NCBI GenBank assembly: GCA_000092065.1
Contig: CP000591.1
DNA: 64,000 nucleotides
DNA from: Ostreococcus lucimarinus
Lineage: Eukaryota
Direction: 5' to 3' (one strand)
The notes under the pieces were generated by a model that did no database searches, was not told the DNA's origin, and saw only the letters and a program-made list of their open reading frames with translations. Positions 1 through 8,945 of this stretch are shown piece after piece; the stretch's first letter is position 1; the number at the start of each line of letters is the position of its first letter. Both the position numbers and the translations under genes were made by a program.

Positions 1-2173
1 TGACTGCGTCCTCGTGCGCGGCGATGATCGCCAAACAGTTTGCCTCCGCTTCTTGAAGAATCTGAACCATCTTGCGCTCGGCGTATTGATAGTGATCGGG
101 GACTACCTCTCTGATCGGACCTGCAATCGTCAACAGTTCGTCCAAGGGCATCAACTCTCCAGATTTAGACACCGCACCTTGCAAGCGCGCCACTCGTCTC
201 TCCGACTTGTTCAAATGCTTCGGGTCGTATGTGTACGTCGTCATCATGCCGGGCTGCCCCAAGCCAAAGTTTACGATCATATTTCGAAGCAAATCATTCG
301 CTTCGCAAACATCTTCCGAACCGCGAGTGCTCGCCTCTCCAAACAACACTTTTTCGCAGGAGCGGCCCGCGAGCAAAACTTGCACGCGCTCGCACATTCG
401 CGCGCGCGTAGGATATCGGTAATCCTCGTCACGCTTTCTCTGGATCAGCGTAATCGCTGGCTCGAAACCTCGCGGAATGATGGAAATCATCTCGATGTCT
501 TCGATGAGACCGTTGCTCTTATGGAGCAAGTTCTGGACCAGGGCGTGGCCGACTTCGTGCGCCGCGAGTTTGCGCGTCGTCACGCTTTCCTTGGGGTGTG
601 CTGTAAGACGAATGCCGCTCACGACGCGCTCAACGGCATCCAAGACGTCGTGCTCTTCGATCTGTTCACCCTGGCGTCGCACGCAGTGCACCGCGGCTTC
701 GTTGCAAATGTTTGCAATCTCGGCGCCCGACAAACCGGGAAGGTTCTGCGCCAATCGCTTGGTGTCAATTTCTGGGTTGCAGTTTCGCTTGGACAAGTGA
801 ATCTGCAAAATCTTAGCCCGTGCCTCGACGTTTGGAAGGCCGACGCGAACTTTACGATCGAATCGACCTGGCCGCAACAGCGCGGGATCGAGTAAATCGG
901 CTCGGTTTGTCGCGCCGATGAAGACGACGCCAGTGTCTGGCGTGAAACCATCCATCTCCGTGAGAAGCTGATTCAGCGTTTGTTCGTGCTCTTCCGTGCC
1001 ACGCGTGCCAGCAGCGGCGCGTTTCGTGCCTAACGCATCGATTTCGTCGACGAATATCAAGCACGGCGCGTTGATGCGCGCGCGTTTAAATAAATCTCTC
1101 ACTCGAGCCGCGCCGACGCCGACGATGATTTCAACAAACTCAGAGCCAGACATGGAGTAGAACGGCACTTTGGCTTCACCCGCGATCGCCTTCGCGATCA
1201 GCGTCTTACCAACGCCCGGGCCTCCTTCCATGAGCAAACCCTTGGGGGGCCTAGCGCCAACCTTGGCGAAACGCTCGGGTTCCTTTAAAAAGGCGACGAC
1301 TTCCTCCAAATCTTCTATGATGTTCTCCAACCCACCAACGTCTTCCAAAGTCACGTCCACCGTGCCGTCTCGCCTCGCACCCGCGCGGGACTGCGCAAAC
1401 TGCATCGCCTGGAACTGATCTTGCGGCACCGACGTCCTACGGACGATGCCCAAGTAAATCGAACCGATCATAAACGCCAAGCCGCCGACGGAGTACGCCA
1501 AAAACTCCATCCCACTGTACGACGACGGTCGCCATTTCTGATGATACGTGTACCACGTCCCGAGTCTATCGCATTTGTCCAACAGCGCGGCGTCCATCGT
1601 GTTGGTCAGCGTGTTGAGGTAGTACTGCTTCCCCTTCGACCCCTTCATGGTGACCAAGTAATACCTCGATCGCGGAATCTTTCGCAACCTCTCCGGTGGG
1701 AACCACCCAAACTGCGGCGCGTCCCACACCTGAAACGACTTCACCAGTCCTTTATCCACCGCCCGCACGAATTCTTGCATCGTCATCTCATCGTACGACT
1801 TCCAATTCGGCTCCTCGTCGATCGGCGCTCCCAAGCTCTGCGTGCTCACGTAGTCGCTCGTCCCCTTCACGTCCCCCTCCATCGGCCCTTTCTTCGCCAT
1901 TCTCCGCTTCGCCTTCTCACTGAACAGCTTATACTGCTCATCCTGCTCGCGCTGCATCTGCTGAAACTCCTCGTCCGTCATCCCTCGCGGTTTCACCAAC
2001 CCTCTCGCGCGCGTCCTCTCGCCTCGCCGTCCGCTCGCCTCCGCGTCCCGTCCTCGCCCTCTCGCGCGCACCACTCGCCTCGTCACCGTTCCCGCGCCCA
2101 CCGCGCGCGCGAACGCCCGTCCATCGTCGTCTTCACCGCGCGCGTCCCCGCCGCCGTCCCGCGTCGTCGCCAT
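1..2173 (-). CDS. FTSH: FtsH-family AAA+ zinc metalloprotease (C-terminus runs off the left edge of the window)
   Basis: Absent from the ORF track because there is no stop inside the window. My reverse-strand translation from the ATG (CAT at 2171-2173) stays open to position 2: MATTRDGGGDARGEDDDGRAF... It has one TM (MEFLAYSVGGLAFMIGSIYLGIV), Walker A GGPGVGKT (about 1203-1226), Walker B LIFVDEID, LLRPGRFD, and the zinc site HEVGHA (about 545-565). Confidence 0.9.
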   Translation of the reverse strand, partial: MATTRDGGGDARGEDDDGRAFARAVGAGTVTRRVVRARGRGRDAEASGRRGERTRARGLVKPRGMTDEEFQQMQREQDEQYKLFSEKAKRRMAKKGPMEGDVKGTSDYVSTQSLGAPIDEEPNWKSYDEMTMQEFVRAVDKGLVKSFQVWDAPQFGWFPPERLRKIPRSRYYLVTMKGSKGKQYYLNTLTNTMDAALLDKCDRLGTWYTYHQKWRPSSYSGMEFLAYSVGGLAFMIGSIYLGIVRRTSVPQDQFQAMQFAQSRAGARRDGTVDVTLEDVGGLENIIEDLEEVVAFLKEPERFAKVGARPPKGLLMEGGPGVGKTLIAKAIAGEAKVPFYSMSGSEFVEIIVGVGAARVRDLFKRARINAPCLIFVDEIDALGTKRAAAGTRGTEEHEQTLNQLLTEMDGFTPDTGVVFIGATNRADLLDPALLRPGRFDRKVRVGLPNVEARAKILQIHLSKRNCNPEIDTKRLAQNLPGLSGAEIANICNEAAVHCVRRQGEQIEEHDVLDAVERVVSGIRLTAHPKESVTTRKLAAHEVGHALVQNLLHKSNGLIEDIEMISIIPRGFEPAITLIQRKRDEDYRYPTRARMCERVQVLLAGRSCEKVLFGEASTRGSEDVCEANDLLRNMIVNFGLGQPGMMTTYTYDPKHLNKSERRVARLQGAVSKSGELMPLDELLTIAGPIREVVPDHYQYAERKMVQILQEAEANCLAIIAAHEDAV

Positions 2174-2395
2174 CGCGCCCACCGTCCGTCGCCGCCCTTC
2201 GCGCCCTGACCTACGTCCCGCGCCTTCGTTCGCGCGTCGCGCTCGATCGCATCGCGTCGCCGCCGCGCGCGGTCGCGCAGTCGCGCGCGCGCTCGACATC
2301 GCGCGCGTCGGATCGCTCGGCGCCGCGCGTCGCGCGTCGCGCCGCGGTGCGCGCGCGTCGATCGAATCCGCGCGAGGTTTTCGACGGCGCGATGT

Positions 2396-2461
2396 GGTCC
2401 GTGTGTTTCATTAATGAGTCTCGCCGTGCTGGTCCGTGTGTTTCATTAATGAGTCTCGCCG
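2396..2461. repeat. 31-bp perfect direct repeat x2 (ggtccgtgtgtttcattaatgagtctcgccg), period 35 bp, in the FTSH/UBP divergent intergenic region
   Basis: Copies at 2396-2426 and 2431-2461 are identical by eye and separated by tgct. The AT-rich core tttcattaatgag stands out from the CGCG-rich surroundings. Confidence 0.9.
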
Positions 2462-2696
2462 CGCGCGTCGTCGCGCGGCGTCGCCGACGCGCGCGGCGGA
2501 CGGCGGCGCGTCGAGACGACGGGCGCGATCGCGCGCGTGCGAACGTCGAGCGCGCGACGCGCGCGACGGCGCGGACGAACGATCGGATCGGAAAGGATTC
2601 GAATAGGACGTCGCGGACTTTGATTCGACGTGATTTGATTTGATTTCGAAACGGGACGGCGAGACAGACGACGCGCGCGACGAGGGCGCGGCGAGG

Positions 2697-4412
2697 ATGG
2701 ATTCGGTGACGTCGGTGTTTGGAAATTGGTTCTCGAGCGCGCGGGACGACGGGAGCGAGAGCGACGACGGGAGCGATGCGGCGGCGCGGGAGGCGGGATC
2801 AGAGAAGAGCGACGACGCGCGGGACGAGGACGGGGCGACGAGGGCGGACGAGGACGCGGAGGCGAGGGCGTTGCTGCCGCCGGCGACGACGCTGCATCCG
2901 TACGAGGACGTCAGACGATCGGTGGAGGGATTAGGGACGAGGAGACACGATCACGATTATCCGTCGGGGCTGACGAACGGGGGGAACACGTGCTTCGCGG
3001 CGTCGGCGTTGCAGTGCTTGCGACGGGCGACGCCGCTCACGGCGTGGTTCGACGGCGTGGAAAAGTTTCACGACGTCGCGCGGTGCGCGGAGACGAGGAA
3101 GTTTTGCGTGGTGTGCGAGTATTCGCAACATTTGGAACGCGCGATGGCGTCGAGGGACGCGCACAGCATAGGGAGGTTGACGAAGGACATTAGCAAGGTG
3201 GCGAGACAGTTTAGACGCGGGCGGCAGGAGGATTCGCACGAGTTCATCAACGCGCTGTTGGACGCGATGCACGTGATTTTTTTGAAGGATCTCGGAGGAG
3301 AGAAGAAGTACGATTTGCGCACGCGAGAGACGACGGTCATTTATCACGTCTTCGGTGGGTATACCCTGGGCACGGTGAAGTGCTTGGAGTGCGGGTACGT
3401 GAGCAAGAATTTTCAAAGCACGCTCGACATTCCGCTCGAGGTGACGGGAAAGATTGGCTCCGTCGAGGAGGCGCTTCGAGAAAACTTTTGCACGGAGGAA
3501 GTCCTCAGTGGTTCGAACAAGTACAAGTGCTCGAAGTGCAAGGCGTTGGTACGGGCGAAGAAGGGATCGAAAATCCACGTGTCGCCGAATATTTTAACCA
3601 TTCCTCTAAAACGGTACTCCACTGGACGGTTCAGCAAGATTACAAAGTACATCAAGTATCCGTCCAACTTTTCGCTGGCTGAGTTCATGAGCGATGATGC
3701 CCCGTATGAAGTCACGGCTCCAGAGTATGAGCTTTTCGGTGTATTGGTTCATCAAGACTTTTACGCCAGCGCGCACTCTGGACATTACGTGGCGTACGTA
3801 AAGTTGCGAGACGATTCCTGGGTGCTGTGCAACGATAGTCGCGTGTCGCCGTCTTCCGAAAAGGATGCGATGAAGCAAAAGGCGTACATATTGTTCTACG
3901 AGCGCGTGCACGCGAGAGGTGCACCACCATTGCGCCCGGCGGGATACTTGGACGAGCTCCGAGCGGCGCGCGACGCCGAACGTGCGGCGACGGCGATGAA
4001 GTGCGAAGACGCGGGGGAGGAACAGTTGACTTCTCGGTTCGATTCGATGAGTGTGAGCGCCACCGCGGTAGATACGGTGAGCGCTTCGTCGACGCGTCCT
4101 ACGAGATCTCCCGTCGTTGTCGCCGAGGAGGTCTCCGAGGAACCGTCAGTGCACATGGAAACGGTGAACGTCGAAAACGGTCGAGAGTTGCGCGTATCGG
4201 TCACTTTGCCTGGTTGTCGCAGCGCTCGCGATATCGAAGTCGAGCTCAGCATGGGGCAGCACGATGTGCCGTCATCGCTTATTATCAAGGCCCCAATGTT
4301 GTACGCGACGCCGGTGAAGGTTCACCTGCCGCCGAACGTGGAAGATCCCGTGAAGAGCTCGTTCGTGCGCAAGACGTCAGAGTATCGCGTGCGGTTTCCG
4401 GTTCGCGAGTGA
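2697..4412 (+). CDS. UBP: Ubiquitin carboxyl-terminal hydrolase (USP/UBP, peptidase C19)
   Basis: Track ORF 2640-4412 starts at TTG; the first ATG is at 2697 (MDSVTSVFGNWF). Cys box GLTNGGNTCFAASALQCL, His box SGHYVAYVKL..WVLCNDSRV, and an acidic low-complexity N-terminus. Confidence 0.9.
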   Translation: MDSVTSVFGNWFSSARDDGSESDDGSDAAAREAGSEKSDDARDEDGATRADEDAEARALLPPATTLHPYEDVRRSVEGLGTRRHDHDYPSGLTNGGNTCFAASALQCLRRATPLTAWFDGVEKFHDVARCAETRKFCVVCEYSQHLERAMASRDAHSIGRLTKDISKVARQFRRGRQEDSHEFINALLDAMHVIFLKDLGGEKKYDLRTRETTVIYHVFGGYTLGTVKCLECGYVSKNFQSTLDIPLEVTGKIGSVEEALRENFCTEEVLSGSNKYKCSKCKALVRAKKGSKIHVSPNILTIPLKRYSTGRFSKITKYIKYPSNFSLAEFMSDDAPYEVTAPEYELFGVLVHQDFYASAHSGHYVAYVKLRDDSWVLCNDSRVSPSSEKDAMKQKAYILFYERVHARGAPPLRPAGYLDELRAARDAERAATAMKCEDAGEEQLTSRFDSMSVSATAVDTVSASSTRPTRSPVVVAEEVSEEPSVHMETVNVENGRELRVSVTLPGCRSARDIEVELSMGQHDVPSSLIIKAPMLYATPVKVHLPPNVEDPVKSSFVRKTSEYRVRFPVRE

Positions 4413-4506
4413 CGCTGAGTAAAATATTTAGACTGTAACAACAAAGTACTGTATTGCAGTAACATTAAATGCAGCAAAACGTGGATAAAACGTGGATAAG
4501 ATGAAC

Positions 4507-5312
4507 CTACTTTTTCAAGAGCGCCAAAAACGCGTCGACGCACGCCTTGGACGATGCGGGATTTTGACCGGTGACGAGCTTGCCGTCGGTGACGGCGTTG
4601 GGCGTCCAGTCGGCGGCGCCGTTGAATTGCGCGCCCAATTTCTTGAACTCGGTCTCGAGCAAGACGGGCACCTTCTCCGCCAACCCAACCGCGGTTTCCT
4701 CGGCGTCCGTGAAGCACGTCGCGTTCGTCCCCTTCAGAATCGAGTCGCCGTTGGGCTTTTTACACGCCAACAGCGCCACCGGGCCGTGGCAATCCGCCGC
4801 CACCGGCTTATCCGCGGCCAGCGTCTCTTCGATCACGCGCGTCAACGTCGCGTTATTCAAGAAATCGACGCACGTCCCGTGACCACCGGCGAGATAAATC
4901 CCAGCGTAATGCCCGGATTTCACGCCCTTCAAAGCCTTGGCGTTCGCCAACGCCTTCTTCGCGTCCTCGTCGTCGTAAAACTTTTGACAATCCGCGGTAA
5001 AGAAATCCCCCGACTCGCTCGCGGAATCGATCGGCACCTTCCCGCCCTTCACGGACACGACGTCCACCGCGAATCCGGCGTCGAGCAGCGCGTAATACGG
5101 CGTCGCGATCTCCTCGAGCCACGCCCCCGTCGCGTGTCCATCCACTGTTCGATTCGCGCGCGCCGTCAGTCGTCGTCGTCGTCGCGTCGCGTCGCGTCGC
5201 ACGCACTGGAATCCGCGGACGTGCACACGATGGCGATCGTCCGCTCGCGTCGTTTCGATTGCTTCCCGCCCATGGCGCGCGCGACGAGTTTTGCGGGCGT
5301 CGGCATTCGCAT
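4507..5312 (-). CDS. DJ-1/PfpI superfamily protein, Hsp31-like (putative glyoxalase III/amidase); two exons, join(5312..5207, 5144..4507)
   Basis: Exon 2 lies in track ORF 4507-5334: TGAWLEEIATPYYALLDAGFAVDVVSVKGG, GIYLAGGHGTCVDF, nucleophile elbow AADCHGPVALL, LVTGQNPASS. The conserved N-terminal strand RTIAIVCTSADS lies in a different frame (track ORF 5166-5519). Removing 5145-5206 joins them as ...IAIVCTSADS-MDGHATGAWLEE... The start ATG (5312, 5306 or 5273) is uncertain. Confidence 0.8.
5145..5206 (-). other. 62-nt spliceosomal intron of the DJ-1/PfpI gene
   Basis: Minus-strand sequence is gtgcgtgcgacg...gactgacggcgcgcgcgaatcgaacag. It has a GTGCGT donor, a CTGAC branch-like site 21 nt before the CAG acceptor, and a length that is not a multiple of 3, which accounts for the frame shift between the two track ORFs. 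Confidence 0.75.
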
Positions 5313-5563
5313 CGCGATCGATCGCGAATCGCATCGAATTCCGACGTCGACGAGGTCGCGACGCGCGCGCCCGTCGGTCGCGCGACGTCGCGCGCGGGCG
5401 CGCGGGCGGGCGATTTTTTTAGGTTGAAACCTAACGCAAACTAGGTTTTCCACTCGTAGGATATTTTTCTCGGCGCGTCGTTCGAGGCGACGCGGTGTCG
5501 ACGGGACGCGAAACGACACAACGACCGCCCGTCACCTCGCGACGCGCGAAACGCTCGCGCGCG

Positions 5564-6091
5564 ATGACGCTCGCGGACGCGCGCGACGGGGACGCGGCGT
5601 TCGAAGCGAACAGAGTCGCCGGGAACGCGGCGTACGACCGCGAGGCGTTCGTCGAGGCGACGGCGCGCTACACGGAGTGCGTCGAAGCGCTGGAGAAACG
5701 CCTCGGTTCGGCGGAGGGCGAAGGCACGGCGCGGCGCGCGTGCGCGATTCGCGCGAACCGCGCGGCGTGTTTCGTGAAGCGCGGTAAGCACGCGCTCGCG
5801 ATGGAGGACGCGTCGTGGGTGATCGCGCGACCGCTCGAGGCGGGGGCGGGGATTCTCGCCAAGGCGCTGTACAGGCGCGCGCGCGCGCGCGAAGGCGTCG
5901 GCGACGTCGAGGCGGCGTTGGCCGATTTGCGGGCGGCGGAAAAGATCGATCCACACGATGCGTTGATTCAAAGCGCATTGAATAATTTCACGTCGGTGTT
6001 CCACATCGCCGTCGTTCTCGATAGAGCGTCGCCGGAGGTGCTCGCGAGACAGCCCGCGTGGCGAAATTTCAAGCCAGAGACGAGGCCGTAG
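5564..6091 (+). CDS. TPR-repeat protein (co-chaperone-like, about 3 TPR units)
   Basis: Track ORF 5495-6091 starts at GTG; the first ATG is at 5564 (MTLADARDGDAAF). TPR-like units: ANRVAGNAAYDREAFVEATARYTECVEAL, ANRAACFVKRGKHALAMEDASWVI, KALYRRARAREGVGDVEAALADLRAAEKIDP. Confidence 0.75.
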   Translation: MTLADARDGDAAFEANRVAGNAAYDREAFVEATARYTECVEALEKRLGSAEGEGTARRACAIRANRAACFVKRGKHALAMEDASWVIARPLEAGAGILAKALYRRARAREGVGDVEAALADLRAAEKIDPHDALIQSALNNFTSVFHIAVVLDRASPEVLARQPAWRNFKPETRP

Positions 6092-6124
6092 ATGAGCCGC
6101 GCTCGCAACTGCAGTTCGCTTAAA

Positions 6125-8581
6125 TTACAATCCCTCGCGATTCTTCGCTTGGTCATCCTCTTCTAGCGCCACGAGCGTGGCGTCCACGAGTCTCTCGAGG
6201 ACTTGGGATAGACGCGCGATGCGCCCGCCTTGCTCCGCGTTCTCCTTGACGGCGCTCGGCAACGTCTCCACCGTTTCCGCGATTTTCGTCGCCAGCGAGC
6301 TGATTTTCGATTCTATGATGGTTCGAATCGCTTTGCGTTCGCGCTCGAACGACGCGCACTTGGCCTCGAGCTGTTCGCATCTCGCGCTGGCGTCGTTTCG
6401 GCGTTGGGCGGTGAGCGCTTCCAATCGCAAGCGCACGTTATCGGCTTCAATCTCTTGTAAGGAATCTCGCTGCTCGTTGTTTTGCGTCTCAAGATACGCG
6501 ACTTTCGCACGCAGAAGTTTCAACTCCGACATCGCGTCGTCGCTTTTCCCGTTACCCGATTCCGATTCGCTTTCGCTCCCGACCCATCCGCCGAGCGCGG
6601 CGCGAAGACCGCCGCTCAACTGCGCGTGGAGTTGCGTCTCCTTCACCGCCGCGCGCTTGATACCGAATAGCTCCGCCGTTTTCGCATCTAGAGCATCCTC
6701 GAGTAGAGCTTTCTGCTCTTCGCACGCGCGAACTTGATCTTGCAATGCGTCGATGCGTTCGTCGCGTTCGCGCAGTCGAGCCGTGAGGCCGAGCATGATG
6801 TCGCGCTGCTTCAACAACACTCCCTTGTACCGTTCGACCTCGCGCGTGGAGTCACCAGCCTCGGCGCGCTCGGCTTCGATGCTTTTAAGCTTTCGCTCGT
6901 ATTCCGCGCGTATCGCAGCCACGCTCGAGGGGTCGTCGCCGCCGAGCAATTGACTCTGCATCTCGGAGATGCGCTTTTCTAAATTTCTCTTCTCTTGCTT
7001 TTCGATGAGAAATTCTTGCGATCGCATTTCGAGTTCGGTGATCGCGCGCAGCTTATCCGCCTCTGCGCGGCGTCGTTGCTCGTCCACCTCGAGTAATCGA
7101 CGTTTATCCACTAAATCTTTCGTACGTGTGTCCAACTCGGTGCGCAACTGCCTGAGCTCGCGCTCGTACTTGCGCAACAGCGACTTTTGATCTAAATCCT
7201 CATTCAGCGTCGCCGTATTCTTAATCTCCTTCGCACGACTGGCGAATTTCAACGTCGACAGCGACTCCGCGAAAGCTTCGAGCGCGGGCGAAACCATGGC
7301 GATGACGGTGGTTATGCAGTTACCGCCGAGTGAATCTTCCAAAATGCGCGTCAATTTGGAATCACGATACGGAATGTGCGATCGACCTTTGCTATCCGTC
7401 AAGGCGCTGATGACGTTGCCGAGCGCGCTCAGGCTTTGATTAATCTTTTTACTCTCGTCCAGCCGTTTTCCCGTGGCCCCGGTTAACGACACGCGCTCAG
7501 ATCCCGCCAAATCAACCAAGTTAAGTTTACCGACGGTGATGCTCTGTCGCTGCGCCGGAGCGCCCTCACCCACGTCCACACCGTCCACAGGTTCGTCATC
7601 CTCGGTCGTGCTGTGTTCTATGATGATGGTGAATACGGCGTGCGATCGCGACGAGAGCTCGTTCATCTTCGTCGACCCCGTCGCTCGAAGTTGCGCCCCG
7701 CGCTCGAGCAAACCGTAAATTTCACTCGGCGTCCGCACGACCCATTCCGATTGACCTTCCACGAACACGCCGCGCTTCTTGTCCTCGCGAATGTTCAAAT
7801 TCGTTCTCTCGGGTTTCAACAAATCGCTCACCGTCTCGTTGTAAATCTGCAAGTAACTCACGCGCACGAGATACTTTGACCGCGCGTGCGAGTCCTTGGC
7901 GATGTAATCGAAGATGTCCTCAATCGCGCGCGGAATGATCCCCCTTTCGCGCCCATCCGTCACCGGCGCGTTCCCCGGCAACCCAAACCGCTGTTGTCCA
8001 TACGCCAACATCGTTCCTCGATCACCCTCCATCGTGTACGTCTTCCCCGTCCCCGTCTGTCCGTACGCCAACACCGTGGCGTTGTATCCTCGCAGCGCGT
8101 TCAGCGTCGCCGGCTTCGCGCTTCTCGCGTACACCTCCTCCTGCGTCGCCCTCTCGTCGTACACCGCGTCGAATCCAAACTCATACGTCCTCTGTCGTTC
8201 GTGCGCGCCGTCATCCGCGAACGTCCCTCCCTCCCCGTTCCCCGCGAGCGCTCGCTCGCCGCCCGCGCTCGCCGCGCACGCCTTCCCGCCGCGCGTCGCC
8301 GCCACCGCGCGTTGATACGCCCCTCGCCCCTCGCGCGTCTCTCGCCGCAGCGCGGGTCGCACGCGTATCATCACCTCCACGTTCGACGTCGACGTCGACG
8401 TCCCTCGCGCCGCGTCGTCGTCCCCCGTCGCGCGTCGGTTCGAACGCGCGGCGTCGGCATCCGCATCCGCATCCGCATCCGCATCCGCATCGTCGTCGTC
8501 GTCGTCGTCGCGCGCGTCGTCGTCGCGATTCCGATCTCGCGCGTCGTCGAGCGCGCGACGCTCGACGTCGAGGGCGTCCAT
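6125..8581 (-). CDS. Kinesin motor protein (N-terminal motor, long coiled-coil tail)
   Basis: P-loop GQTGTGKTYTM, switch I SSRSHAVFTI, switch II LVDLAGSE, neck and heptad-rich tail. The track ORF extends to 8947. I start at the ATG at 8581 (MDALDVERRALDD) because upstream of it lies a non-coding-looking tandem repeat. The (GCATCC)5 tract near 8458-8490 encodes DADADADA. Confidence 0.85.
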   Translation of the reverse strand: MDALDVERRALDDARDRNRDDDARDDDDDDDADADADADADADAARSNRRATGDDDAARGTSTSTSNVEVMIRVRPALRRETREGRGAYQRAVAATRGGKACAASAGGERALAGNGEGGTFADDGAHERQRTYEFGFDAVYDERATQEEVYARSAKPATLNALRGYNATVLAYGQTGTGKTYTMEGDRGTMLAYGQQRFGLPGNAPVTDGRERGIIPRAIEDIFDYIAKDSHARSKYLVRVSYLQIYNETVSDLLKPERTNLNIREDKKRGVFVEGQSEWVVRTPSEIYGLLERGAQLRATGSTKMNELSSRSHAVFTIIIEHSTTEDDEPVDGVDVGEGAPAQRQSITVGKLNLVDLAGSERVSLTGATGKRLDESKKINQSLSALGNVISALTDSKGRSHIPYRDSKLTRILEDSLGGNCITTVIAMVSPALEAFAESLSTLKFASRAKEIKNTATLNEDLDQKSLLRKYERELRQLRTELDTRTKDLVDKRRLLEVDEQRRRAEADKLRAITELEMRSQEFLIEKQEKRNLEKRISEMQSQLLGGDDPSSVAAIRAEYERKLKSIEAERAEAGDSTREVERYKGVLLKQRDIMLGLTARLRERDERIDALQDQVRACEEQKALLEDALDAKTAELFGIKRAAVKETQLHAQLSGGLRAALGGWVGSESESESGNGKSDDAMSELKLLRAKVAYLETQNNEQRDSLQEIEADNVRLRLEALTAQRRNDASARCEQLEAKCASFERERKAIRTIIESKISSLATKIAETVETLPSAVKENAEQGGRIARLSQVLERLVDATLVALEEDDQAKNREGL

Positions 8582-8626
8582 CGCGCGCGCGCCGCGCGGC
8601 GCCGTGCCGCTGTGCCGCGCGCGACG

Positions 8627-8908
8627 GCCGACCGACCGACCGACCGACCGACCGACTGGTGTACAAACAGTGACACGCGAAATAACCATCGCCGCGACGC
8701 CACTGATGGGAATCTTCACGTATCGAAGAGCCGACCGACCGACTGGTGTACAAACAGTGACACGCGAAATACCCATCGCCGCGACGCCACTGATGGGAAT
8801 CTTCACGTATCGAAGAGCCGACCGACCGACTGGTGTACAAACAGTGACACGCGAAATAACCATCGCCGCGACGCCACTGATGGGAATCTTCACGTAATGA
8901 AGAGCCGC
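8627..8908. repeat. (CCGA)6 followed by an 87-bp tandem repeat x3 in the kinesin/AsnRS divergent intergenic region
   Basis: Units begin at 8654, 8741 and 8828 (gactggtgtacaaacagtgacacgcgaaataaccatcgccgcgacgccactgatgggaatcttcacgtatcgaagagccgaccgacc). The differences I noticed are aataacc/aataccc and, in the last unit, gtatcg/gtaatg. Confidence 0.9.
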
Positions 8909-8945
8909 CGCCGGCACACCCCGACGCCGCGCGCGCGCGAGCGCC

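Noticed and set aside
8627-8908. The 87-bp repeats as a CRISPR-like array or a tandem snoRNA cluster.
   Set aside because: The units are contiguous with no unique spacers, and the context is eukaryotic. I found no proper C (RUGAUGA) / D (CUGA) box pair or H/ACA layout on either strand.
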